Origin: the human T2T-CHM13v2.0 reference genome, Homo sapiens
Reading direction: 5' to 3' (one strand)
Length of the DNA stretch: 64,000 bases
NCBI RefSeq assembly: GCF_009914755.1
Contig: NC_060926.1
Translations under genes and position numbers: made by a program
The notes under the pieces: generated by a model
Seen by the model: the letters and a program-made list of their open reading frames with translations, nothing else
Told to the model about the DNA's origin: nothing
The model's database searches: none
Part shown: in pieces, positions 51,490 to 64,000 of the stretch
Layout: every line of letters begins with the position of its first letter
Position numbering within the stretch: position 1 is the first letter of the stretch

Positions 51490-52759
51490 TTGGAGAAAAT
51501 CAATTTAAATAACTACACAGGGCACATTGTGGTGAAGAGCAGAATGTGTGATATGGGTGAAAATGGTTGTGATTTTCCTCAGCTTCCTCACATGCAGGCC
51601 AGTCTTTACGCATCTCCCTGGGAAAAGCCCTGCCTGCATTTCCTACTGCTTGCAGTTACCTAAGCAGCAAAACCAGAATCAGCAGCTGGGAAGCACATTC
51701 TAGGGGTGCTGAGAAAAATGTTTTCCCTTTGAATCATTGAAAAGAGTTCATTGTGAGATTCTTCTTTTCCCTAATAAATCACCAGAGTGAAACATAGATG
51801 GTCAGAACTGCTAGAGAGTGTGCTTTCAGACACTTTTAATTATGGAGCCCCCCAAAATCCTGACTAAACACTACTGTGAAAGAATGGAGAAATTAAATTC
51901 AGGAAAATAAATGAATATAAAAATACAGTAATCTCTGGGACTTCATTTTTCCCCCAGCACTATATAATCCTGAAATCTCAGAGCTGATAGCACTAGAGGA
52001 ATCTGCTTTAAGTACAAATTATTTAATTAGATTAATTTTACCTTAATTAATTGTAATTATTGGCCCACAATGACGTTAGACACTTTGCTGAGCATTTAAA
52101 GGAAAATAAATACATAAACTGGACACAGATGTCTTGGTCTTTATAGTGTTGGAAAGTTCTATCGTCACTTTGATGACAAGAAATGGCAGGAAAATTGTTC
52201 CATAAAGTCTATTTGGGAACTACAATGATGCCTAACTCATTTGGAGGCACTTTTAATGAGAATGGAATTCATGGAGAAAAGTCAATCCTAATGACCTTAT
52301 ACTTTCAACATGTATATATGATAATGTTTCTCATTTTTGAAACTCTCATTCATTCATTTATTGCTTTGAGGATGTACATGTATTAGACACTGCTTTTACT
52401 AAATGAATTACCTTCTCCCAGTTTACATCCCACAGTAAATACTCCAGTTTTCCATGCAATATATGCATTGATTAGATCTCTTCAAATGTCAAGGTTAAGA
52501 CATTCCAAGTTCATCGAGTTTAACCACACAAAGAGATTTCTTGGCTCACATCATATAAAGGAGTAAATGTTCATGGCTGAAATTAATAGGAGTCAGGGCT
52601 CAATACTCACCAGGAGTTATTTCTCAAACCCTTTACCACCCCTTTCTTACCTAGGCTTCTCACAGAGTGTCATTATTTCATCTCTCAGAATTCTCAATGT
52701 ATGGTTCTGGGTTAGAACTAGCTGCCAAAGAAACTTCTGCAGGCCATTTTTATAATCAG

Positions 52760-53263
52760 AAGGTGGGTGTAGGCTCAGGTGCTGTTGAAGTTAACACAGG
52801 TGGACACAGGTCTGCTAGCTCACCATATTGGCCTGGGCAGTAACCAGGCCTGCAGCTCCTCCTCTGGCAACCACTGGATCTCTTTCATGAGCATCTCCAA
52901 CTGCTGTGTTAGGTACATGTTTAGCTCCATGAGGAAGGGCACCAGCTTCTTCTGTATGGTGACGCATTATCCAAGTTGAAGGCTTGGAAGCAGTAAGAAA
53001 TTAATAAAGGTGCCTGTTTACCATCATGAGTTCTGGAATATTCTATGATTCCCATTTGTTCTTTCTCTACAGAGTTTCAAATCCATCTTTCCATCCTGAA
53101 TCCCTGCCTTGTGGACTTCAGGCCTCAGCACCATGTACAAAAGCAAAAGTCATACATAGACTGGTTAACCAGATTGCAATCTTATAGTCAGCTCCCTGTA
53201 ATCAACCCTTTAATCTGTATTACTCCAAGAAGTTCTGATTCTCTCATTGAACCCTGACTGATA
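52760..53263 (+). mobile_element. ERVL-class LTR (subfamily uncertain)
   Basis: ERVL-type 3' terminus gttctgattctctcattgaaccctgactgata; ccctgccttgtggacttcaggc. Confidence 0.55.
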
Positions 53264-53419
53264 ACTTGACCATATGAAATTATTTTTAAAACTTTACTTT
53301 CAATGTTTATTGAATGAATAAATGAATGTGATAAATGAAGTTATTCTTAGGACACAATCTTCACTCATTCACTCTCCCTTTTATTAATATAATAATACAT
53401 CCTCCTTTCTATCTATCCA

Positions 53420-53503
53420 TAAGACTAATTAAATGAGTTAAGACACGTAAAGTACTTAGAGCAGTGCCTGGCATGTAGTAAGCACTAGGTAGGTCATTAT
53501 TAT
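53420..53503 (+). mobile_element. MIR 3' fragment
   Basis: attaaatgagttaagacacgtaaagtacttagagcagtgcctggcatgtagtaagcact. Confidence 0.8.
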
Positions 53504-53514
53504 AGCAGGTTTAG

Positions 53515-53840
53515 CGGTATGATATGGTTGCTAAAAAGGTAAAGGAATCTTTGGGTATAATGGTAGAAGTGAGGGATCAGGATCAAGGGAAGCTCATGGC
53601 CCACTGCATTTTTCATTGCCAAGATTTTGTGTTCAATTCTGGGTGTCTCTAATTTAAAAAGTGTTTATACCTTCTGGGAGATTGAGTGCTGAAAGTGGTA
53701 AAGTGTGTAGACTCATGCCAAGTGAAGAACATGGAAAAGACTGGGATGGAGGATATGACTTCTCTTGGAGACAGATTCAGAAGCTGAAATAAAGCTTTCT
53801 TGAAAAACTTGAAAGGCTGTCATGTGGAAGAGGAATTAGA
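53515..53840 (+). mobile_element. L3/CR1 fragment
   Basis: gatatggttgctaaaaagg...ttgtgttcaattctggg...ttgaaaggctgtcatgtggaagaggaattaga. Confidence 0.65.
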
Positions 53841-56274
53841 GTATCATTTTAAAAGCATCCATGAAAGCAACTGTAAATAATGTACAGGACTCTCTTACAC
53901 ACACACCTGCACTCAAGTGGAAGATGACAAGAGAACCGGGTCAATAACATTTTGCTACTGACTTCCAACGTGGGGAAATAAAGACTAGCTTTCCAGCTGA
54001 AAGTACTGGAGAATTTTAGGTTGATAAAAAGTAATTACCTGGGCAATGAAGCAGCATGAAGCACTATAAATGGCTGCATTAGAACACTGATTGGGACTCA
54101 GCTAATTTCTCTGGTGAATTTTTCCGTGAAATCTCAGCTGAGATATAACAAAATTTAGGGCAATTTTCTTCGTTTCCACCAACCAATATCTTTCATAGAA
54201 CCTTTGTATGTATCTATTTTTCTCTATCTCTTGTCAAACTAGACATCTGCCTGATCAGATTTATCCATCCACATTCTGTTTAACTCCCTTTCTAAACCAT
54301 CACTGCAAGTGTTTGCAATGAGGTGTGGGCCTTAGCTCCATTTACCACTGGACTGTAACTCACACAGAGGCTCCTGTAAGGCTCAAGGTCACAGCCCATG
54401 AGAGGTGAGCGTCAGTTTGCTGCAGTCTGTCTCCTGGTCTCACCTGCCAAGTCCCATTCACTCTTCTTCCAGTCTTTGTGTTGCTTTCTCTTGCCAAGAA
54501 TGAGAAATAATGCTCCTACCCTGTGAATATCTTTCTCCTACATCCTCCTCAGAGATTGCTCATATTTCCTATGGCTCGTGATATCTTTCTGTGACTTTCA
54601 GGCACATACCTTTGAGTAAAACTGCCAGAAGCAAATGTCATCCTTTTTCTTTTATCAATAGTCTTTCAGACTTTGCACAAGTGACTTGCTTCTCAACTGC
54701 TACTGTGCTGTAGAGAGAGCACGGGGGATTTCATGTGGAAAGAGCATTTCGACTGCAGAGAGCCCCCGCAACTCTCTGAAACACAATTCCCTGGGTGTGT
54801 TGCCTGGGAAGCTTGTGCTAAGCATGGAAATTAAGTTGTGGCAGGTCGAGTGGTTGTTCTATACTTTGAATAAGAGTTAACAATTCTGGGTTAAACGAGG
54901 AAGGAGAAAGAAGGACTTCACTGAATTGTGCATTCATTAAATAAACATTGAATCTCTAATTATTTGGGGATATATGAAAAAGACTTGTTGCTTAACCTTA
55001 TGATGCTTATGGTCTAGAAGAAAAGACAGTTATAAATCAACTAAAAATAATTAAATATTCTAATGCAATCTAAGTAGGTGTAGCGAGAATAAGGTGGCAA
55101 GGAGAAAAAAGTGGATTCTGCTTTAGTTAGAATTACCATGGCTAACTTCTAGAAAAATGTGAAATTTAGTGGAGATATGACAAATAACTAGTCCAATGAA
55201 GATCACTAGTACAGGCATTCTTCACTTTCCTTTTCCTGAGCCTGGGGAGGGGGCCATATAATACAGATTTCTCTAGGACTGGCTGTGTACTCTGTCTTCT
55301 GCCCCATCGGCTAGGCCAGCAATTTACAGCCAGAAAGCTGTAACTAAATGTAAATTATATTTTTCCAAAGAGATAAAAATCTTTGTTGTTAATGATGTAC
55401 ATGCTGTGGGCCTACTGTGTGCAACTCACTGAGCTAGCACATTGATAAATGTAGAATGGGTATAAAATGCAGATCCTGAGCTCAAGACCTGACCTTGATT
55501 ATTCCATAGCAGGAGGAAAGGGAACAAGGATATCTCTGAGAAGTAAAAATTCATGATTTGTTATAGCTGATGAATAAAACAAAGTACTTTCCTAAGAACA
55601 CACCACTCACTTGGAAGTGTTAAAAAATAAACAATATTAGCATGAATCAAAGGGTAACATGTATTGGCTGACTACTCTGTACCTATTATGATAGGCACAT
55701 GAAATAAGAGCATATTTACGATGATGCTTCTATCTTTGAAAGACTTACAGATGCACTTCATGAATGGCCATCGATTCAACAAAAGTGCAACATTACACAT
55801 ATTGTGGCTTCACTTGGAAACTTATAGATTCACACACATTCATTTTCTGTGATGTCTCTGCATAGCTTTCCCACCCTTCTCATCCCCACTACTTTTTTGC
55901 TTCAAAGTAAAATTATTGTTCAGAGTCCCTAGTGTTACAAAGCAGTTGCATGCTGTGACATTGATCACCTGAACACAATAGGTATCTTGGGCAGAAAATA
56001 CTGAATAAATAGAAAGTCAGTGAGAAGGGAAATAAGGTGTTTATTAGACACCGTTGAATGAGCAGGGAGGAAGAAAAGAAATCAGTGAAAAGTGGCACTG
56101 TTTGAACCAAGTATCATAATAATACCATGTCTTAAACACTTTCCACCCACACATATGCATCTACACATAAGCAGGCACCCACAAGTGCATATGTGTCACA
56201 TAGCTTTGCAACCCTTTAGGGAGCTGGCCCTTTCTGTAGATCTTATTGATGTTCATGGGTGATTGGCAACTGTA

Positions 56275-56435
56275 AATGGGCTTTGGAGATGGGCAAACAT
56301 TGGTTTTAAATCCCAGCTCTGTTGAGCTCTGTTAGTTAAATCTTATTCAGAGAGTAATTTGTCTCCTCTGTGTCTCAGTTTTCTCATCTGGGAAATGTGG
56401 ACAGTAATGCCTAATAAATGGGAATAGTGTGAGGA
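56275..56435 (+). mobile_element. MIR
   Basis: gggctttggag...aaatcccagctctg...ctctgtgtctcagttttctcatctgggaaatg. Confidence 0.75.
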
Positions 56436-56579
56436 AGAGCCCGTGGCCCAGAGTTAGCATTCATATAACCAGTTCACTGTGAAATTCACCTAAAACAACC
56501 ATTTACAAAGTCAGATGCTATTTAACAAAAATGCTGTTAAACATTTTAAATATATAGATGAATTCTTAAAGAAATTAAG

Positions 56580-57643
56580 ATTTGGTAAAATCTGCTTGAG
56601 AATGTAGATGCTTTCTTTTACTCCATGACTTTAGGCCACTAAGCCATCCTCATCCCAGAAGAAGTCTGGAAGTTTATTCTCTAGAGATGGTGAAAGGAAT
56701 GGTCCCTGAAATGGGGGGATCCAGGCACAATCATGGGATGAACAGGAAAATGTACATAAAGAATGCTCCATCTAAGTCCCCTGACCCACCTCTCCCAGTC
56801 TGGCTTCTGGAAACTTGGAGGCCGTGTCCTCACCCAGGCAGAAGATTGGGAGGCTTTCTCCTATACCACCTAGCTAGCCCAAGAGGGAAGGCCGGAAGAG
56901 AGTGTGCGGTGATGACAGGGCTGATTCCCAGATCATCCTGTGTGATGGTGGAGCCAACACCATGTCCTTGCCCATCAGTGCTTCTCATCAGCTTTACAGT
57001 TCTCCACCCTTTTACTCTTAATTGTGAGAAGACAATGAAGATTTACCAGACATTGAGAAGATCCTCCAACCAGAAACAAAGGTACCAAAGTAAAAAGAAT
57101 CAGGTAACTTGGAGGAAACAGGGACTGTATAGAACGGGGGGGAACAAAAGAAAATGAAACCATTATGAATGCCCTCAAAGAGATCAAAGAGGATATTGCA
57201 GCCTTGAAATGGGAATAAATTGCAACAAAAAGCAACATAGGATTCAAATAGAGTGAAAGAAAATAAGATATATTTTCAGAAAAATAAAGTTGGAGAGACT
57301 TTACCATTCACAGACTCTTATGGAATGAATTACTAAATGGATGCACTTCACAAAGAATAACTTTGAAAAAAATCAACGGATGAAGTAGAATGCAAAAACA
57401 TGATGAGCAAATAAATTTGTAAGCAAACGGCTAATATATATATATAAAATTTTATAAAGAAGGGTAAAATTATCTTATAAAAATAAAGTGAAATTATATC
57501 ACTAGAAATCATCACAAGAAAGCTGGAAGGAGGCTGATCAGAGTTAAAGCACCCAGGGGTATGTGCTTCATTCAGGAGGTGGGTAATGATGTGATCAACT
57601 TTAGATTTTGGTAAGAATGCACACTACAGAACAGGAAGAGCAA

Positions 57644-57675
<32 letters not shown>

Positions 57676-58750
57676 GTGTATATACACACACACACATGTA
57701 TATATGTATATAGGTGATACAATGGAAAGAGGAAATTAAGGTAACACTGAAGCAAAGAGAAATCATGGTAAATGAGGAGCATAAAATAGAAGGGAATAGA
57801 TTCCAAACATACACATGTGGGTGTGCATGCAAATTAATTTATTCATAATATTATGGATATTCGTACATTTTTAATGTTAAATCAACTATAACAAAGAAAA
57901 GACAAACTAGAATTTTGAACAAGAGCAAAAAGTGTCAAAACCAATGTAAGATAATGTTTCATCCATTAAATTTACTGAAATTACAATATGATAAAAATAA
58001 ATCTTAGAAAAATTACGTGGAAATTGGAAACTTTATGCCGAGAGAATAAATTGACACAATTACAATCATTTTGGAGAGTAATTTGGTAGTATCTAGTAAA
58101 GATAAAAATGTACATACCAGATACCTCAGCAATCCCAACTAAATCAAAAGTGTGTTCTTCAATTCTCAAACATGCACAAAATATATGCTGCCACATGATT
58201 GCTGAAAAAATCTTGGTAAGAGTAAAAAAATAAAATCCGTCTCACTGGTACACAGTAAAATAAATTAATAAACTACTTAGTTCATGCCTTGGAGTACTCT
58301 ATTGCCATTAAAATGCATGACCTACAACTTTATGAACCAACAGAAACATAATTTGGAATTTGGTTATAGTGCAAACTTTGATAGTGTTTTAGAGTCTGGA
58401 ATGCAAAGTATACGTTCATAAACACATTATATTATAATGTATTATATGTTGTATGTCTAATATTTATACATAAACTATAGTAAGAGTATAAAACAATGAA
58501 TAATACCTATCTGACCCATAGAAGACTAGTTATCTCTAGGGAGAGAGGAAGGGAAGAGATCCAGAGGCAGGTATTTTGCTAAATCTGTAAAATTATCTTT
58601 CTTTTAAACCAAAAAGAAGAGCTGAAGCCATTTGACAAAATATATATATCTTTTTCATTTTGGTATTGAATGTACATATAGCTATGATATAATTTCCTGT
58701 GATTTTCTGTGTCTTTGAAATAAGTCATTATTTAAAATGTTTAAAAATAC
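56580..58750 (+). mobile_element. Ancient L1ME-like element: 5' region/ORF1 remnant plus 3' end
   Basis: aagatttaccagacattgagaa...aatgccctcaaagagatcaaagaggatattgca (ORF1-like); acaatcattttggagagtaatttggtagtatctagtaaa...gacctacaact (ORF2 end/3' UTR). Confidence 0.6.
57644..57712. repeat. Compound (TA)/(TG)/(CA) microsatellite
   Basis: 69 bp of uninterrupted purine-pyrimidine alternation. Confidence 0.95.
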
Positions 58751-59615
58751 ATAAGTGCATGAAAAGGTAGGCATATGGGTGGAACTGGCATCATTCAAAT
58801 CATGTAAATTTTATATTAAGCCTATTTATTACATGATTTCACAGTAATGTAATTAAAATTAAAACTGTCTAATGATTCTTCCTTTGCCATGTTGCTGTAT
58901 ATCAGAAGGACTATCTCTATGAAAATAACTTAGGGTAGATGCTATCAGGAAAACAGCAAATTATTCCTGGAATTTAGAATTTGGAGACCCACAGGATTTT
59001 CTGAATGTGATCTGGGATTCTTTCTTAAGTGTTATATTAAGAGACACTTGAAGGTGAATCTCTGTTAATATCATTTATGCATTTATCGGTGACTTAGTTC
59101 CCAAATAGTATATTTTAAAATATTTTGAATGAGAGTGCACTGTTGAATCAGCCAAATTCTTCCCAATGTGACTTTTTGGAAGAGAGCAAGCCCCATCGCC
59201 ACAACTCTTATATTTGTTAATTATCCTGGCATCTCCCTGTCCTGAATAGGTTCTTAATGTAGAAGTAGGAAATGTGCCTGGGCTCCATATTAGGACAACT
59301 ATAATGCCTAGTGAGGCAGTGGTGTCCTTTGTCTGAGGTTCACAGCCCCCTGAAAGAAGGTCTATTATAGCACTGACCACAAATACTGTAAATGTGCTTC
59401 ATTTATCTAAATATTCCATTGATTGTATAATTCATTTTTTTAAAAGTAAACTTTTTAATTTAAAACAAACATTTACCTAGAATCCACAGTGTGTGGGCTG
59501 TGGATAAATAAGATACAATATTTACCCACTGACAATCTACTGTTCAGAACAATCATTCTGAATACTACCTGCAAACTGAAAATTGTGGAGGACAGGTATG
59601 CATATATATATATGC

Positions 59616-61980
59616 ACTTACATACCTCAGAACTATTGCAGATTCAGTTCCAGATTACTGTAATAAAGTGATTGTCCCGATAAAGTGAGTTTCCCAATAA
59701 AGTGAGTTACATGAATTTTTGCTTTCCCAGTGCATATTAAAATTAGTTTAAACTATACGGCAGTTTATTAAGTTTGCAATAGCATCATGTCTAAAAAATG
59801 TACATATCTTAAAGAATACATTCTTGCTAAAAAAAATGTGGTGATGATCATCTAAGCCTTCACTGAGTCATGATCTCTTTGCTGGTGGAGGATCTTGCCT
59901 CAATGTTGATGGATGCTGACTGATCAGGGTGGTGGTTGCTGAAGGGTTGGGGTGGTTGTGGCAATTCCTTAAAATAAGACAACAATGAAGCTTGCCACAT
60001 CAGTTGACTCTTTAATATTTCTCTGTGTAGCATGGAATGATGTTTGATAGCATTTTACACACAGTAGAACTTAATAGGGGTCAATCTTCTCAAATTCTGC
60101 TGCTTTCTTAACTAGTTCACATAATATCCTAAGTACCTAGATGCCATTTCAACAATGTTCACAGCATCTTCACCAGCATGGATACTCTGAAGACACCACT
60201 GTTTTTCCTCATCCATAAGAAGCAAATCATCATGCCTTAAAGTTTTATCATGAAGTTGCAGCAATTTAGTCACATCTTCAAGATCTAATTCTAGTTCTCT
60301 TATTATTTCCCCCATATCTGCAGTTGCTTCCTCCACTGGAGTCTTGAACCCTTAAATTCATCCATGAGGGTTGGAATCAACGTCTCACCTCCTGTTAATT
60401 TTGATCTTTTGACCTCCTCCCATGAATTATGAATGTTCTTAATGGCATCTGAAATCCTTCCCAGAAGGTTTTCAGTTTGCTTTGCCCAGATCCATCAGAG
60501 AAATCTCTATCTATGGCAGTTAAGCCTCATAAAATGTGTTTTTTAAATAATAAGACTTCAAATTCAAAATTACTTCTTGATCCATAGCTGCAGAATGAAT
60601 GTTGTGTTAGCAGGCATGAACATATCATTAATCTCTTTGTTAATCTCCATCAGAGCTTTTGGTTTACTAGGTCCACTGTCAATGAGAAGTAATATATTGA
60701 ATGGATTTTTTTTTCTGAACAGTATATCTCCATATAGTGCTTTAAGTAGTCGTCAGTACACCATGCTGTATACAGATGTGCCATCACCTATGCCTTTTTT
60801 GCCCCATACGTAGAGCATAGGCAGAGTAAATTTACCGTAATTTTTGAGGGCCCTAAAATTTTCAAAATGGTAAATGAGCATTGGCTTCAACTTAAAGTCA
60901 CCAAGTACATTAGCCCCTAACAAGAGAATCAGCCTGACCTTTGCAGGGTTGAAGCCAGGCTTTGACTTCTCTTCTCTAGCTATGAAAGACCTAAAGGACA
61001 TCTTATTCTGATAGAAGGTTGTTTCATATATTGAAAATTGGTGGTTTAATGCAGCTACTTTTATAAATGATCTTAGCTAGATCCTCTGGATAACTTGTTG
61101 TAGCTTCTACATCAGTACTTGCTGCTTCACCTTGCACTTTTATGTTATGGAGATGGCTTCTTTCCTTAAACCTCATAAACCAACCTCTGCTGGCTTCGAA
61201 CTTTTCTTCTATAGCTTCCTACCTCTCAGCTTTTATAGAATTAAAGAGAGTTAGGGCTTTTTGTTGAATTTGGCTTGGGCTTAAGGGAATGTTGTGGCTG
61301 GTTTTATCTATCCAGACCATTCAAACTTTCTCCATATCAGCACTAAGACTATTTTGCTTTCTGATCATTTTTGTGTTCACTGGAGTGGCACTTTTAATTT
61401 CCTTTAAGAACTTTTCCATTGCATTCATAATTTGGCTGTTTGGTGCAAGAGACCTTGCTTTTGTCCTATCTGGATTTTCAATATCCTTTCTCACTAAGCG
61501 TAATCATTTCTTGCTTTCAATTTAAAGTGAGAGAGGGGTGACTCTGTCTTTCACTTGAACACTTAGAGGTCATTGCAAGGTTATTAATGGCCTAATTTCA
61601 ATATTTTTGTGTCTTAAGGAATAGGAAGACCTGAAGAGAGGGAGAGAGACAAGACGACAACTGGTGGGCAGATTAGTCAGAACACACTTAACATTTATTA
61701 AGTTCCCTGTCTCATATGGGAGCAGTTTGTGGCACCCCAAAATGATTAGTAACATCAAAGATCACTGATCACAAATCACCATAACTGATATAATACTAAT
61801 GAAAATTTGAAATATTGCTAGACTTACCAAAATGTGACACAGATATGCACTTGGAAAAATGACACCAATAGATTTGCTCTATGCAGTGTTGCCACAAATC
61901 TTCCATTTGTAAAAATTTATAAAAAATGAAATATTTACAAAGTGTAATCTAGTGAGGTGTAATATACTAAGGTGTGTGTG
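59616..61980 (-). mobile_element. Tigger1, near full length (second copy)
   Basis: catacctcagaactattgcag...aaggtgtgtgtg|ta; transposase remnants in ORFs 60753..61001 ([13 protein letters not shown]...[30 protein letters not shown]) and 60112..60336. Confidence 0.93.
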
Positions 61981-62130
61981 TATATATATGTTTAGTCATA
62001 CACACACTATATATTACTATATATATACACACACATATGTATATATACGCCTTACACAAATGTTTCACTTCCTTGGAGTATTCTAAACAGCACCCAGGAT
62101 TGAGAAAATGAATGAATTAAAATGGGAAAT

Positions 62131-62625
62131 TGTTGCAGGCCGAAAGAGTGAGGGTAACGATCAACTCAGTATACCACTGGAAGCTACATGAGTAAACAGC
62201 AAACTGTTCTCATGAAAGCAGGATGTTGGCAAACTGACAAACTGCGTCTGCCACCCAGAAGGAATGCTGAGGGCAGTCACGACCCAGGCACAAGTGTTTC
62301 TTGTAATTAGGCACATCTGAAGCCTGTTAGCAATAACGTGAACCTGTGATCAATTAAGCAGCTGCCCAATCTTTACCACCTCCTCCCTGCTCTTTCTACC
62401 CAATAAATAAGAAGGGCTATAGAAGCTCAGGACTGCCTTTGCTCACTGGAAGCAGAGAGCTGTCTACTTCTTCCCCTGGACCCTTCCTTTAAAACAGTTT
62501 CTTTTGTCTTAAGTTTTCATTTCTGCATTTGTCCTCCTTCGTTCAGTCTAATGGGGGTCTCAAGTAGTAACAGTAGTAACTGTCGTAGTGACGGTCTCAA
62601 GTGGTAACCATGGCAGTCTGCAAGA
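62131..62625 (+). mobile_element. LTR3 (HERV-K3/HML-6) solo LTR
   Basis: tgttgcaggccgaaagagtgaggg...caactcagtataccactgg...ggtctcaagtggtaaccatggcagtctgc; perfect 6-bp TSD ggaaat (62125-62130, 62626-62631), typical of betaretrovirus-like ERVs. Confidence 0.88.
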
Positions 62626-63384
62626 GGAAATATGTAAGAATTGGCAGGGGTTGTTAATCTGCATTGAAGTGAATAGTGTCCATTAAAGGATAATTTCAGT
62701 TATCCCCATATTATACCCATATGTCCCCTAAATATACCCATATTTGTGATTTTATCAAGCTGATATAAAATACTTTACCCTATTTGGTGAAGTATGTCTC
62801 TGTGACACTGTCACAAAGACAGTGAATCATTCTGTAATATTGCACAGGGCTCTGAGGAACATGAGAGCATCTACTCCATATTCTCTCTTCCATGTTTGAC
62901 AATTTTTCAAATTCCCTAGGCCAGCCACTTTTCTTTTATTTCAGTGCTTACGGTTCTATGATGATCTTGTCTTTCTCACGCAGCTGGGATTTCTGGGAGA
63001 ATAGCAATGATTTGAAGAAATGAGCCGGTGGGATTAAGCCAGAATGACTGCATCTTCCCATACAACTGTGGATAACTATGATGCCTTCCCTGTTGTTCCT
63101 GTCTTTTCTCCACCCCACCTCATCATTTTCACTTTGCCCTGTTGTCCTTCAGACCTATGCTTTTGGAATCCTTGTGTGGTCAGTCTGCCTTCTCTTAGTC
63201 TCATTCCTGTTTGCCAGCCATCAAAGGCCTGTGTGTTTGTAACAGGTGGATCCTGGAGTTTGGCTCCTTGCAGAGACTATCTAATGGCCTCGTTTGTTGA
63301 TTTGCTGCTGGAGGCATGGCTGTCCCAAAGATTAACTGGGTTCAAATCTTTTCTACTTCCAACGCTTAGTCACAAAACAGTGCT

Positions 63385-63525
63385 TGCTTGCTTGCTTCCT
63401 TCCTTCCTCCTTCCTTTCTTATTCCCTCCGTCCCTCCTTTCCTCTCTCCCTCCTCCCCTCTCTCGTTTTCGTTTTTGCTTCCTTGCTTTCTTTTTCTTTC
63501 TTCATCTTTCTCTCTTTTTTTCCCT
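63385..63525. repeat. CT-rich simple repeat / polypyrimidine tract
   Basis: (cttg)n, (cctt)n and (ctcc)n units. Confidence 0.85.
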
Positions 63526-64000
63526 ATGTGCTTACTAAATGGGTGGCATGAAGTGGAACAGTTAATAAAATGCCTCTTCCCTATGGAGGTCCAGCATCTA
63601 TGTCTGCACAGCTGTGCACTGCACAGCACCAGAAGAGCAATTCACATAGATCCTGATGTGAAGTGTCCCTAGAGTTGTGGACTATGATATTTATGTTTGG
63701 AGGCTGTTGGAGGAGCTTCTACTACCTTTTAATTATGTGAAAGCATGTCTAGAAAATTCAGACCTTTTACATTCTCACATTTTCATAACGTGCAAAGGAT
63801 CCAATGATAAACTACCTTACTAGTATTTGCCTTTCCAAGGTGGCATATCCTTATTCCACATTTAAATCCTTAACAATAGAATGTAAGGACTGAAAAAGTA
63901 ATGGAGATCCTCTGGTATATGCTCCTTACTTTATAAATAAAGGCATTGCTGTAAATTGCAGTGAATATTATTTTTTAAGTTATAAAATCACAATGCCTAA

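Noticed and set aside
56687-57157. 156-aa ORF starting with ATG
   Set aside because: Lies in a decayed L1 5'/ORF1 region; no recognisable domain.
63044-63538. Longest ORF (164 aa) with a hydrophobic C-terminus
   Set aside because: Kept open by a stop-poor CT-rich simple repeat; the L/P/S/F bias is an artefact.

Overview
AT-rich, CpG-depleted mammalian non-coding DNA (intronic or intergenic). Alu S/J, THE1, MER41B and LTR3 (HML-6) copies indicate a simian primate, plausibly human. I find no supportable protein-coding gene, RNA gene or CRISPR array. Every ORF with recognisable homology is a broken transposon frame (L1 ORF2, Tigger1 transposase, Alu-derived). The window is a layered transposon record: six Alus, many L1/L2/L3/MIR fragments, a two-LTR MLT1 (MaLR) provirus, about ten solo LTRs, two near-full-length Tigger1 elements and several hAT MITEs. 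I found no convincing new multi-gene system. The best leads are: (1) a ~120-bp segment apparently copied from 13.1 kb into the MaLR provirus at 16.9 kb; (2) a full-length MER41B with both GAS (STAT1) motifs intact; (3) a repeat-free, CpG-retaining, TALE/homeodomain-motif-rich block at 29.55-29.95 kb; (4) a four-level TE nest; (5) a recursive-splice-like AG|GTAAG motif. Repeat family names come from recalled consensus sequences and need RepeatMasker/Dfam confirmation. Boundaries without a TSD are approximate.
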